This document shows, in pieces, positions 13,282 through 24,740 of a stretch of 64,000 bases of DNA. This DNA comes from Neolecta irregularis DAH-3. Taxonomy: Eukaryota. Location: contig LXFE01000152.1 of assembly GCA_001929475.1 (NCBI GenBank), forward strand, positions 1-64,000. The letters are read 5' to 3'. The number at the start of each line of letters is the position of its first letter. Position 1 is the stretch's first letter. The position numbers and the translations under genes are program-made. Below the pieces are notes generated by a model. It was not told where the DNA came from. It did no database searches and saw only the letters and a list, made by a program, of their open reading frames with translations.

Positions 13282-13870
13282 ATGGCCAAGATGTATGCAA
13301 AATCTTTCGATGTATCCATTTAATGTGAAAACTCCAGTCCGAGGAACTTTAAGCTTTTGGAGGAACTCGAAAAGGGCGAGAAAAGCTCTGGAGAAAGTTC
13401 TATTTCATACGGTCTAGCAGACAGTGATGATTCGACACTTACGTATTGGAATGGAACTGTCCTTGGACCTCCTCACGTATACTCTTCCAGTTTCGTAGTT
13501 TGACACTCATAAGAGTACCCATGAAAATCGAATTTATTGTCTCGCTATAGAATGCGGAAAGAACTACCCTGACGAACCCCCATCACTCAAATTTATCAGC
13601 AAAATTAATCTACCATGCGTGAACGGTAAGACTGGAAGAGTGTGGCTAGGCATGTTTTCAACTGTGCTAATCGGGCAGGTGGAAATGTCTCGACTGGATT
13701 GTCTAGCCCACTGGAGACGTGAGTATGGGATTGAAACCGTTCTGGTTGCGCTGAAAAAGTAAGAAGTGGTCCCGGTGTCACACCGTATATGCTGATCGTG
13801 GGGTCTCAGGGAGATGGGTCTACCGCATAATAAAAAGCTGCCTCAACCAGCGGAAGGATCGGAATTCTAG
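13282..13870 (+). CDS. MMS2: Ubiquitin-conjugating enzyme variant Mms2/Uev1 (5 small exons; absent from the ORF track)
   Basis: Spliced translation [19 protein letters not shown]...[24 protein letters not shown]...HENRIYCL...INLPCVN...[12 protein letters not shown]. Confidence 0.93.
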
Positions 13871-14151
13871 TTCTGTCGCAGTTGTTTATTGTCTGAATGG
13901 TATAGATTCGTGTGTTCCCCACCCACGCATTGATAGTCCCGGTGTTTTTGTAGCAAGAGTACATACAGATAGGATGACGTGGTCAAAGCACCTGTGACTG
14001 GCACCTGTATAGACCCAGAAATGCGGATTGGTTATGCAGACAGCGTTGTAGGAATCGGAGAATGTTCGTTCCGCCTTGAAATGCCGTGTCCCTTTCCATC
14101 GTATGCAAACCACCAATCGACGGTCTGATCTGACTGACACCGCCGGTTCAA

Positions 14152-17100
14152 ATGGTAAGTCTACCACATCTCTGTTCCTTCAGGCGCCCATCGCTGCCCA
14201 AGAGATGTCCTGCCAGAAGGTATCAGGCTTTTAGACACCCAACACTTACCTTCGTAGACCAATACACAAACTTCTGTACAGGTAGTGTCGTTTTTTCTGT
14301 CACAACAAGGTTTATTTAACAAGGTTTGGCTTCTGGGTAGCCACACGGCCAGTTCTCGTCACTGTTCTGTCGGTCCTGGTTTTGACGACCCTGTCCTATC
14401 CTGCCGCCTATAAAGTTTACTACGAAGGCTTGGGAACTGATCTCGTTTTGGAGCATTCTAACCATCCGGCCGACTATTACATCCTCAATCAAACAGAATC
14501 TACAAAGTGCGAACCTAATTGTATTAAAATCGATCAACTTGATCGAATTGTTGTTTTCGGGAGCGACTGTGCATGTGAAGTAAATCATCAATGGGATCGC
14601 ATACAAGTATTTCCGGCCATCTCTCGACCCTTTCCAACTATCTAGCTCTCTAATTATCCATACACCGCCACGAAGGCTTTTCTTTTGCGGACATGCTATG
14701 CTCTCCTTACCCTCTATGGTCTGATATCTGTCCGAAATCTCCGTTATGTGAGATCTAGATTTGGATTGGCTGTCAGCGCGCTTTTTAAGTTCTTTGCAGT
14801 ATTTGCATCCGCACTTACCGTATGCGCTCTGCTCGGTCGCGATTTAAGCATCATTGTTCCGTATTTATACTCTTCAAACCAGTGAGTTTGACTAGAAGGG
14901 AAGCTCTTCCGTTCATTGTCATTGTCATTGGAATGGAGAACGTGTGAGTTTGCTATAGCATTAGTTGACTGATGGATAGATTTCGGCTTGCGAATAGTGT
15001 TTCCACGTCTCCCATGGAACATCCTGTCTCTCAAAGAATAGCAAGAGGTGATTAGTCGAGTTATTCTTCATATTGACAACCAAAGGTCTCGGAGATACAG
15101 GATTTGTGTCCTTTTCTGTGGTCTTGTTCAACATCACCTTTCTGGTCTGCCTCAGCCTGATAACACATCCTGCGATCCGTGAATTTTGTGTTTTTACATC
15201 AATTGCCCTGGCGATCGATTTCACCGTGCACTTGACATACTTCCTGGCTATCTTGGCAATAGATATTCGTCGTTACGAGGTATTATTATTTCTTCACCGT
15301 ACTTACATTTCCAGCTGCAGGATCTGATACAGCAATCCCCTTTCGCGGAAACTTCACCGGCAATAATGGGTCATTCCCCACATACTCTGAAGGACGCATT
15401 GAGTCAATACATTTATCATGCTTTACCATGGAGCACAAACGTAGCCGGGACAAGAATAGTAACACATCTCCTTAATTGCATTACAGTGGTCTGACTTTTT
15501 ACTTTATAGGGACTTGTAATGATAACTGTCCTGATGATACACTATATGGAATTCATGAATTTGAAAAGTGTTCTTTCGATTCAATATCTCAATAATTTTC
15601 TCGCCCCTCGACGATCATATAGCCCTGAAATTCTACGAATTTTAAAATCGATTGCCAGGGGCATGCTTAAGGGGAAGAGGAGTGTGACTTTCGAAGTAGA
15701 CCTACCACCTTATCGTCCGACTTTGAACTTTATGGAGTTTTACAACTCTATCAAACCCCACTTCCGCTCGTTTTCAGCCGTATCCCTCATCATTCTGATT
15801 TCAACAGGCATCATTCTACGACTAATAATTAGAGGGATAACTGAAGAACCGAACAGTCGATCTGTGTCTGAGGAAACAGTTAACATAAAAAGTTTTGATC
15901 CAGGTCATAAACTCGATATCGTGCTAATAACATCTGGCGGTCGAAATATTGTTTCCGTCGATATGGGTAGGACCATTATTGTGTCTTGCATTTCCAAAAG
16001 AGGCCGAAAGTATAGATTTGAAGTTCCATCACGAATCCATGGAATTGCGAATGATGAGGACAACGTTGCACTTGTTACTGATCGATCTGTTCTCATTGTC
16101 TGGGAAGGAAAGCTGATCTCGAGCTGGGATGTCACTGAAGATTCAAAACATTATGTTGTGGGTATTTGGTATGCTATTGATGGAGCCATAGTTGTTCTTT
16201 ATCGGAATGGTGTCTTGCGGGAATTTCGGGATCGAGGGAGCTCATCGAGGTACGTAGTCATTAAAGCGAAGAGCGTCAAAAGTGTGGTCCCTTCACACCG
16301 AACCCTCAGGATTGAGTATCTACTTTTAGTCGACAATGAGGAGAACGTATGGATGATCGGCAAGTTTGGCGGACCTCTGTGGAGGCCTGTTCGAATAGAC
16401 ACAAAAGGCATTGATCAAATTACCGGGATTTCACTGATTCCTGACTTGAAAATCATGGCTATCGGCGGAAATGTTAGTATCTCTCTAGTCGACATCACAT
16501 TAGGTAGGCGATGTATCCCAGATTTACGCTGACGACTAGGATCTGTCCTCTTGTCTGTACCAACGGGTCAAATACGTCAAAATTCGCTCCGCGCTGCCAT
16601 TTCTTCCCCAGTACCCTGCCAGCGTTGTCATTCGGCATCTATTCGAAGCTTTTCTCTCATTTACACAGATGATGACCGTGGATACCTTCAAGTTCACAAT
16701 TTTAAAGCACCCGAGTCTTCCACAATATGCCTACGCTGTTCAGATCTAAATCCTCTTGTTGCAGACGTCCACTGGCTGGATGGTGTAGTTGCCTGGGATA
16801 CTTTACCAAGTATGTTGGTAATGGGTATTCGGCAATCAACGCCTTCGGATTCACCAGAACTTAGGCTCCGAAAACGCACGAACCGAGACTCATCCAATCT
16901 CAGTAATTGGGAGACCTGGTATATGACTTTAGATGGCTATGTCACTACTCGGCCTTTGAAAATAAAAATCTCTCCTCTCGACCGACCCGGGCCTACCACT
17001 CTTGTGGGACGAAAAGGTCTTGCTATTTCAATGGGAAAACAGATCATTTTGTTAAGCAAAAGCATTGGAAGCCATGAAGCCACGAGTCTTTCATCGACTA

Positions 17101-17162
17101 CTTTGTCCGCAGATCAAAGCATGGAAAGTGATCGTCGGAAGGGTTCTCGAGGATATATGTAG
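14152..17162 (+). CDS. scp1: SREBP cleavage-activating protein (SCAP/Scp1): sterol-sensing domain plus WD40-like C-terminus
   Basis: TM1 RFGFWVATRPVLVTVLSVLVLTTLSYP; SSD segments SRFGLAVS, IVIVIGMEN and PAIREFCVF; spliced IDIRRYELQDL matches the SCAP IDIRRMELADL motif; GHKLDI opens the WD region. Start approximate. Confidence 0.85.
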
Positions 17163-17316
17163 AAATTATGTACTGTCTCTTCTTGGATTATAAAAAGGTA
17201 TTTGGTTATATAGAACAGAGGTTATTGGTATTTTGACCACTCTTAAGAAAATACTGGGTCACATTGTGTAGTTTAATTCGCAAAATTATTTGCGACTACT
17301 CCAAATTTCGCCCAAT

Positions 17317-18074
17317 ATGCCCCTGATGGTTCCATTGCCTGTCAAGAATGGTCCGAATATTTGGATTGCGGTTGCTGAAGGAGATAAAAAACGGGTCGTG
17401 GTATGTCGATTCCTTGGAAACAATGTCGTAAAATTGATGCTGTAGAGGTGTTGTTAGACGCGGGAGTAATACCCGATGTTAAAGACGATACTGGTTATAC
17501 GTATCGCCTTGTCGCCTTTTTTCCATTTGATAATCTAGACCGCTCCATGCTGCCTCGTCCTATAGCCATCATGAAATCCTACGTATGCTGGTAGAGCGGG
17601 GTGGAAATATCAATGTTCAAGACGAGGATGGAGAAACGCCGTTATTTGTTTGTGAGAATATTGATACGGCGAGGCTACTCATTTCCCTTGGCGCTGATCC
17701 CTGGATGAAAAATTCTGAAGGATTGATGGTATTATTTCTCAGCTGTGGGATTGACGTGTTCACATTTCAAGGCAGCGGAACGGATTGCAGCTGAAGAAGA
17801 TTATATCGAAGTTGCCGACTTTATTCAATCGCAATCAGGAAATACAAATTCACAAAGAACCGCTACGGCGGCCCCTCGGCCTAATTTCGAGTTTGAAGTT
17901 TTGAGGGGGGAGGAAGTCGGCAATGTTGACCAATTACCTTTTGAAACTCGAGAGAGGATTGAACATCTTTTATCTCTTGAAGAAAGTCAAGGCCGAGATG
18001 AGGCGTTGAGGAATATTTTAATGGAGACTATTTTAGGCCAAGAGGGAAGGAATAGTCGCGAGAGGACTCAATAA
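17317..18074 (+). CDS. Small ankyrin-repeat protein (YCR051W-like)
   Basis: NIWIAVAEGD, KDDTGYT/PLHAASSYSH, GGNINVQDEDGETPLFVCE and LGADPWMKNSEG across 4 exons. Confidence 0.85.
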
Positions 18075-18699
18075 AATGACACTCCTGGACGAGAATGAAA
18101 TTATATGAATGCAAAGGAATACTGCGTTCACCTCGAGGAACACGTCTGGATCGCCATGAACTTGGCCCCAGTTGGGATTCCAAGTTGCCGTGTTCAACTG
18201 ATGATATATAGTATATGGAAAATATCCTCCGTATAGAATTGAAATTTGCTTGTACATTTTCACTCAGCTGCCTATCAACGAGGAGAATTTGGTCGACAAT
18301 GTATATCTGATTCTTTTGTTTCACATGAAACATTTCCATATTTCAATCCAGCATGTCAGACAGACATCATGCAAGCCAAAATATCAGGGTCGTCTTGTTT
18401 TTAACGAACTATATCACGCTACTCAGTACAAATTCCAAAGTTACAAGGACGACAACAGCACGATTCAATTCTTTACTCTTAGAAAACCAATCCACCCACA
18501 TGACTTTTAGTGGTCAGACAAAAATTATAGAAAAGAAATAACAAGAAAGCACTTGGATATCTTCGACATTAGCTGTATCGTCTCCTGTACTACCGGCTTC
18601 TGCAAAGGCCCGAACGGACAAACAAGGTCAGGTGACTCTGTTGTATTCCGGATAAGGCATTTCAAGTGATATGATATTCACCCCACAAAATCAACACAA

Positions 18700-20354
18700 A
18701 TGTCTGCCCAAGACACGGATAAATCTAGTGGCAAGTTCATAAGATATACATCGCGCTTATCCATCTAGACAGTACCCAAGCACAGAGCCTGGTAGATCGT
18801 TTATCTACATATCCAGAAAACCCAACAGGTTAACAAAGTGTAACATTTAACAGGTAATTTACATCTTAGAAATACAGTCGCTGTTGTTGTCTTTAAAAGA
18901 AATCGGAAGAATAAAAGAAAATGCATCGCCCATATATTCTGAGCAAGTATTGCGAAATCCTTTTTTGGAGTGTATTTGACTATGGATTAGGGAATTTCAA
19001 TGTTGATTTACTTTGCATTTGAAAATAAATATGAGGATGTGCAGGTTGCCAGAGAATGTCAACTGGAAGCTTTAAGATGTCTTGCTAATGCATTATTACT
19101 TGAGCCCTTGACACGAACGACATTTGGCTCAAAATCGGGGTACGAATATACGTTAAAGTTGTATAATGTGTGCACCTATCGTTGCTGTAGTTGAAACGAC
19201 TAGGAACAAGATTTCTCTCTGGAGTTTTTATTGTCAAGGATGTGTTTTTTGGGAACGGTTGAGAAAGGATGTTTATCTATCTATGAATGGTCTGGCGATA
19301 TTGTGACGATGACTTTCCACAAGGTATGGCGGTTTCAATGGGAACAGCTTTTTAGGATAGTTACTCGAGCGACATGTTTTGTCAGAGACGGACGATTTGG
19401 ATCGATTGAAAGCGTTAGCCGAGACGCTAAAATTTATGTTCAATGTGACGTTGTATTTACCCGATGTCAAAAAATATGAGGGGTATGTTTACTTGATTTC
19501 TTGATTAACTTCTGGTTAGCATGATACCGCTGTTGCTTAAGCTCCTAGAAAGATTACCAAAGACTTTGACTTTGCCAACGACTCAGATAGTAAACGCCTT
19601 ACTCAATCTCTCAATAACACCTGCCTATTTCCCCTCGGCTACTCCAAGGGTACACGTTGCTACTCTGGTATCGATTCTCGATGATGTTTTTGAGAAAGCA
19701 TCCCGTGCAGACCAGTTCGAGGATCAAATTGTTCAAGTGGGAGATGAACTGGCGTCTTTATTCGGCGTTCTTCGTCAAATATTTCAAGCTTGTCCAGAGG
19801 ACGTCTTGAAATATGGCAAAGAGAAATTGTTGCCTACTTTAGCGTATGTATGTCGCTTAGACGAGGATCTCATTTTAGGGACCGGAAACATCCTCTGGGC
19901 AAAGGTCACAGTCTTGCGGATCATCTTCTTCGGACAAGTACTTGTGTCCACGAGAATGTAAGAGAACATTCCGCAAGTTTGTTATTCGAATTGAGTGACT
20001 CCAACGGTATTTCACCATTTATAAAAAAAGCTGACCTGTCCAGCTTCAAAGTTTGTGCAAAATATTGGGTTTGGGTATGCCTCGGGCTTTCTTGTAACGC
20101 ACAATATTCCGATACCTCAGCTAGACTCTGGTTCAGGCGAGTATAACCATGTGACTGGCCAAGATCTTGCAGAAGAAGATAAAATGAATATGGAGATGAA
20201 GGCAAAATTTATTGAAATGACTGATGAAGAAAAGGAACAGGAGGCTGAAAGATTGTTTGTTTTGTTTGAACGGATGAATAAGACAGGAGTTGTGGACGTG
20301 AAGAATCCTGTACAAGTTGCGAGAGAAGAAGGGAGGTTTGAAGAGTTGCCTTGA
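18700..20354 (+). CDS. RIC8: G-alpha guanine nucleotide exchange factor/chaperone Ric8 (synembryn)
   Basis: EALRCLANALLL, NIGFGYASGFL, YNHVTGQ and EMTDEEKEQEAERLFVLFERMNKTGVVDVKNPV are characteristic Ric8 motifs. Confidence 0.93.
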
Positions 20355-20499
20355 TACAACACTAGTATGTATGGATCACGATGTTTGCTGTATGTCATTT
20401 GACACTATATTAAGAATGAGGTGTCAAACTTTTATGACAAGCGGATATCAGACGACAAACAAGGATACCAACGTGAGACTCTTTATTAGAGTGTAGTAT

Positions 20500-21705
20500 T
20501 TAGTCGCCTGATCGATCGAGGTCGTGGAGCAGAGTCATGCGTTCCTTGTTCTTGCGCGCCTCTAATTCTAGACTCTCATGGAACCTAGGATCAACAAGGG
20601 GGGGGAGAACAAATAGATACATGTCGTTTAGTGCTGCTCGTAGGACCGAGTCTGGTAGTAAGAACAAGAGTTCTTTGACCTGGCTCATGAGGACTTGGTG
20701 GTCTGTGTCGGGGCCGGCTTTGGAAATATAGTGTTTCGTCATGGCGACAAGGGTTTCTAGGGAGGCGGCGAGGTCGCTGTTGCGGTGAAAGGCAAAATGG
20801 AAGAGATCCCATAGTTTGTGGGGGGTGTTTAGGGATTCTTTCCACATGAGGCGATCCGACTTGAGGCCTATGGATTTTGTGCCGGAGCCTGATTCTTTTG
20901 CCCAGGCGGAGACGATGCCTTCAAAGGTGGGTGGCTGGGGGTCAGACGAGTCAAAAAAGGAGAGTACGGCGTCGCCATCGAGGATTTCGATGAGTCTGCG
21001 GAAGCGGCTGGTGGACTCGATGTTGTCTCTCAGGTTTCCACGGGTCCACTTTGGTTCTGTGAGCTGGTTTTCCTTGTTTAGCCATATTTCTATTTTTTTC
21101 GCTAGGGCGAGCTGGCCGTTGGTAGGGTCTGTTGTGACGATGGCGAACTGCGGGTGGTACGAGTGGGAAATATCGTCGGTAAGCTGTTCAAAGGCGGCCC
21201 ACCCGTCGCAGTCGATCACGACATGGCCGCGGTCGCGGTGGAAGGCGATTCTGGAGATTCTGTCTGAGGGGATGATGATGCGGGCGCGGCCGCGGAAAAG
21301 CGAGATGCTGATGCGGTCCGGGTCGAGACCGGGCGCAGTCGGGCGGGAGTCTGCGTGACTGCGAAAGTATATGCGCAGGCGCGAATCGCGGTCGTCCTTG
21401 TTGGGCTGGTACTCATCCGAGTGGAAGGTGCCAATTGAGATTGCCTTGATGCGGAAATCGGAAAAGGTCTTTTTCCAGGGTTTGTGCTTGTGAGCTGGAG
21501 CATGAGGACCGCTCAACGGGCGCACGCTGGCTGCTGCTGATGGAGGGCGGGGACGCGGAGGATAGGGCCGTGGATATGCGCGCAGGGAGGCAGTGTGGGG
21601 ATCGTATTCGGGGTCGCGGCGAGGAGGGGCATTGTGGTGAGCAACGGGCAGGCCATAGGCGACTGGCGGCTGGGAGTAGTGCGGTGATCGCGGGTCCGCG
21701 TACAT
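20500..21705 (-). CDS. Hypothetical protein: Pro-rich N-terminus, beta-rich middle domain, helical C-terminus
   Basis: 401-aa ORF with gene-like composition. It probably includes two stop-free in-frame introns (33 nt near 20934-20966; 36 nt at 20585-20620). Confidence 0.75.
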   Translation of the reverse strand: MYADPRSPHYSQPPVAYGLPVAHHNAPPRRDPEYDPHTASLRAYPRPYPPRPRPPSAAASVRPLSGPHAPAHKHKPWKKTFSDFRIKAISIGTFHSDEYQPNKDDRDSRLRIYFRSHADSRPTAPGLDPDRISISLFRGRARIIIPSDRISRIAFHRDRGHVVIDCDGWAAFEQLTDDISHSYHPQFAIVTTDPTNGQLALAKKIEIWLNKENQLTEPKWTRGNLRDNIESTSRFRRLIEILDGDAVLSFFDSSDPQPPTFEGIVSAWAKESGSGTKSIGLKSDRLMWKESLNTPHKLWDLFHFAFHRNSDLAASLETLVAMTKHYISKAGPDTDHQVLMSQVKELLFLLPDSVLRAALNDMYLFVLPPLVDPRFHESLELEARKNKERMTLLHDLDRSGD

Positions 21706-21870
21706 GGTGGCGATGGGGTGGGAAAGCGGCGAGGTGATGGATTTGGTGGGAACGGCGGGTGGGGAGGGAATTCAGGAGGTGGATGGAGGTTGGCGGTGTG
21801 AGGTGAGGATGACCCGACGAACGGACTGCATAAATGTACTTTGGCAGCATACACTCAGTCTAGACCACAC

Positions 21871-23358
21871 TCATGCAGACCCACTGCTCTCTGCCGCTAT
21901 CCGGCATACTTCCTCTGCTTCCTCTTTTCTCTTAGTGACCTTGATGACCCCTTTGCGGACACTCGTGGCCTGCAGCACACCGGCCCACTTGTGCTTGTCG
22001 AACTTGTCGACGAGATCCTCCGCGATGCCGCGCAGGATCCAGTCGCTGCCGCGCAGAGACACCAGGAAACGCTCTCTGCATGCCTGCGGGGACCGCGGGC
22101 GGGGCAGCAGCTTGCAGATGCGCGACCAGCGGAAGCGGTGCAGCTCGCACAGCTGGAGCAGCTTGAGCAACTCGCTATATTCCCAGCGCAGCACATCGTG
22201 GTGGAGCGTCGTGATGTAGGTGTAGCGCGCCGCACACTGCCCGGGCGTGCGCGGGCCGACTCTGCGCGCGATCTCGACCCAGAACCCGGAGAGCATGGCG
22301 CCCTTGTTGCCGGTAAAGTCCGGCGTCAGCGCGGCCACCCCGCACACCAGCCGCTCCGTCTCGTCCTTAGACCATTGCCCCGACCGCGCGGTGGCGCGAT
22401 ACGACCGCGACCGCACGTAGCACTGCCGGAACGATTCCGCCCGGTCGAGGAACTCGGGCATTTCCGCCGCCACCATGGCCGTCCACCGCACAACACCCTG
22501 CGGGTTCGTATACGTGTTCTTTTCCAGCAGCGCGTCCACCTTTGCAAACACCGCTGCGCCGTAGTTCGTCCGCTGCGCCTGCGGCTTCAGGCGGCAGCCC
22601 GACCGCCAGAACGCGCGCAGCTGGGCGCACGTCCGCCTCGGGAAATGCACCTTTTGGATCACGCTCCACTGCTGGTCGTACTCCTCGATGGCCGTCTTCA
22701 GCACTTCCCGATCCTCCGCGCTCAGCGGCGAATGGTCCCACTGCGGGTGCAGAATCCTGCTCCACCGCGTCTTCACCCCGTCAGCACTGCGCCGCCCCAG
22801 CTGCTTCGCTATTTCCTTCCACTGCGCGGCCGTCGGCTTTCGAGAAGCATCCCCTTGCTGGATCCGCTCCACTTCTTCCTGGATCTTGGCATCCTCGTGC
22901 GGCCAGAACCGCCCGAAGCGCTGGCCCTCGGTCGCTTGCTCTACCGCTGGAACAATGGGTCCCTCGAGCACTGCATTCATCTCCTTCCATTTGGCTGTGC
23001 ATTCCTCCTTTGTCCGCCCATCTAGCCCCTCTGCTACCATTTCCAAGTCATCAAATACCAGCCCCCGTCGATATAAAATGACTTCTTCATCTTGCGTCCA
23101 CGGCTCTCGCTCCGTGCTACAATCATCCGCCCTTGGTGCTTCTGTCACTTTGCCCGCTCCACCAAGTCTCTGCCTAGTCTTCCTATGTAGGCTCGTTAAA
23201 TACTCTGATTTCCCCAGTTCATTCTTCTCCACGGCAGCACTCGAATATGTCCTCCTGCCAATACTCTTCAACCCATATACCCCAGGAAATACCCCCACCC
23301 TAGGCCGGAATTCTCGTAAAATTGCCCTATTGGTCAAGAGTCGACTGGTTCGGTTCAT
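21871..23358 (-). CDS. Intronless multi-Myb/SANT-repeat protein with putative mitochondrial presequence
   Basis: The 495-aa ORF contains repeats such as PWTQDEE..GRTKEECTAKW, WKEIAKQLGRRSADGVKTRW, WSVIQKVHFPRRTCAQLRAFW, GQWSKDE..WVEIARRVGPRTPGQCAARY and WSRICKLLPRPRSPQACRERF. The N-terminus is Arg-rich and nearly acid-free. Confidence 0.88.
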   Translation of the reverse strand: MNRTSRLLTNRAILREFRPRVGVFPGVYGLKSIGRRTYSSAAVEKNELGKSEYLTSLHRKTRQRLGGAGKVTEAPRADDCSTEREPWTQDEEVILYRRGLVFDDLEMVAEGLDGRTKEECTAKWKEMNAVLEGPIVPAVEQATEGQRFGRFWPHEDAKIQEEVERIQQGDASRKPTAAQWKEIAKQLGRRSADGVKTRWSRILHPQWDHSPLSAEDREVLKTAIEEYDQQWSVIQKVHFPRRTCAQLRAFWRSGCRLKPQAQRTNYGAAVFAKVDALLEKNTYTNPQGVVRWTAMVAAEMPEFLDRAESFRQCYVRSRSYRATARSGQWSKDETERLVCGVAALTPDFTGNKGAMLSGFWVEIARRVGPRTPGQCAARYTYITTLHHDVLRWEYSELLKLLQLCELHRFRWSRICKLLPRPRSPQACRERFLVSLRGSDWILRGIAEDLVDKFDKHKWAGVLQATSVRKGVIKVTKRKEEAEEVCRIAAESSGSA

Positions 23359-23465
23359 GTCGTCAAGATTGTATCAGGTGAATGACACCGCTCTGAAAAA
23401 ATCTTTTTTTCCCCGCCACACATATTTTATATCTTTATCCTTTTACATAAATTGTCTACCTGCTA

Positions 23466-24262
23466 TTAAATAATGCTCAAACTCTTATCTATGATATCAA
23501 TCTTTTTACTCTTGGGACTGCGGAGTCGTTTTCTGAGACTTTGTTTCACATGACTACAAGTCTCTAGAAACCTAGTCTCCTCCTCTGATTCCTCGCTTGT
23601 AGATTCATCCATTTGTTCCTGTTCGTCACTTGCTCGCTCCCGTTCCTTTTCTCTTTCTCGTTCACGGATCAGTTGATCTTGAAGCAATATCCTCGGATCA
23701 ATAAACCGCATTTCTCCTCCAATTGCGTCCTCGCAACACTCCACAAATGACCTACACCCCACTTGAGACGGAGTAGCATGACTCAAGTCCACAATGATAT
23801 CTATCTTTATATCAATTTCTCCTCCCAGCCAAAATATACTTACTTTTGTGAATCGTAGTGTTGAACATGAAGGTTCCTTCCTCTGGATATCCTTTTCTCC
23901 CAAAATGATTAATACAGTATCTTAATAGCGTAACCCGGTCATATTTAGATACATTACGAAACTTTTGTCCAAACTGTCTTGTCAGATTCACACCAAGCAA
24001 AATGTATATACCCGGTAGCGCAGTTCTTCTTTTATCGCGGGACCTAGTTTGTCAAAATTTCGACATTGGCCTATTCCAACTTCATCGATAATCGTCGTCG
24101 TGCGTTTCTGAGTAAAATCAGCCGCTGTAAACATCGGTATTCTTGCAAAGAAGTCCTTGAAATCGGATCGTGTGCAGAACCCAGATCGGGTAAGAATCTC
24201 GCCAATTCTTTTTCCTTCTTTCTTGTTCTATGTGCTAGCTTGGATCTCACATAAAGGCACAT
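23466..24262 (-). CDS. Hypothetical multi-exon protein with charged (RE-rich) C-terminus
   Basis: Short ORFs can be joined by GT-AG micro-introns into ...IKEELRYRFGQKFRNVSKYDRVTLLRYCINHF...NIIVDLSHATPSQ...RERERE.... The 5' end is uncertain. Confidence 0.45.
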
Positions 24263-24740
24263 ACGATTGGATACAGCGGCATCAGATCAAAATGATAAAG
24301 ATGTTAGATTGTTAAACCCTGAAATACACCGCTCGGAAACTGAAACACTTTACCAAGCGCCACATCCGAACTAGCATTCAGGAGTCAAATTCAAATATCC
24401 AACTTGTGGTCACGAATCACTCTAAAACATCGCCGAATGACCATATATATTCCGCTACTAGCTGAGAAAGAAACAAAAACGCAGAGACAAAGAAAAAAAA
24501 GAAATAGATATGACAACGAGAATGGGAGATTCATCAACATCCCCATTTTCAAGCGCATACTTCTAGTGCTCGCCCCAAGACTCTTCCAAACATAAGTCAT
24601 ACCAATGAAAAGGAGACGTAAAAAGAAAAGGGGAAGAACCAATTATTACATGAACAAGTCTCAATGATGAAACATAAAGATGATAACGAGAAGAATTGTA
24701 AGCCAGATAATGAGCTTTTGAGTTGACAGTAACACCTCAG

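Noticed and set aside
21841-23025. 394-aa + strand ORF and other long ORFs overlapping the Myb gene
   Set aside because: These are antisense or frame shadows caused by extreme GC3, with no protein-like features. The minus-strand frame carries the Myb repeats.
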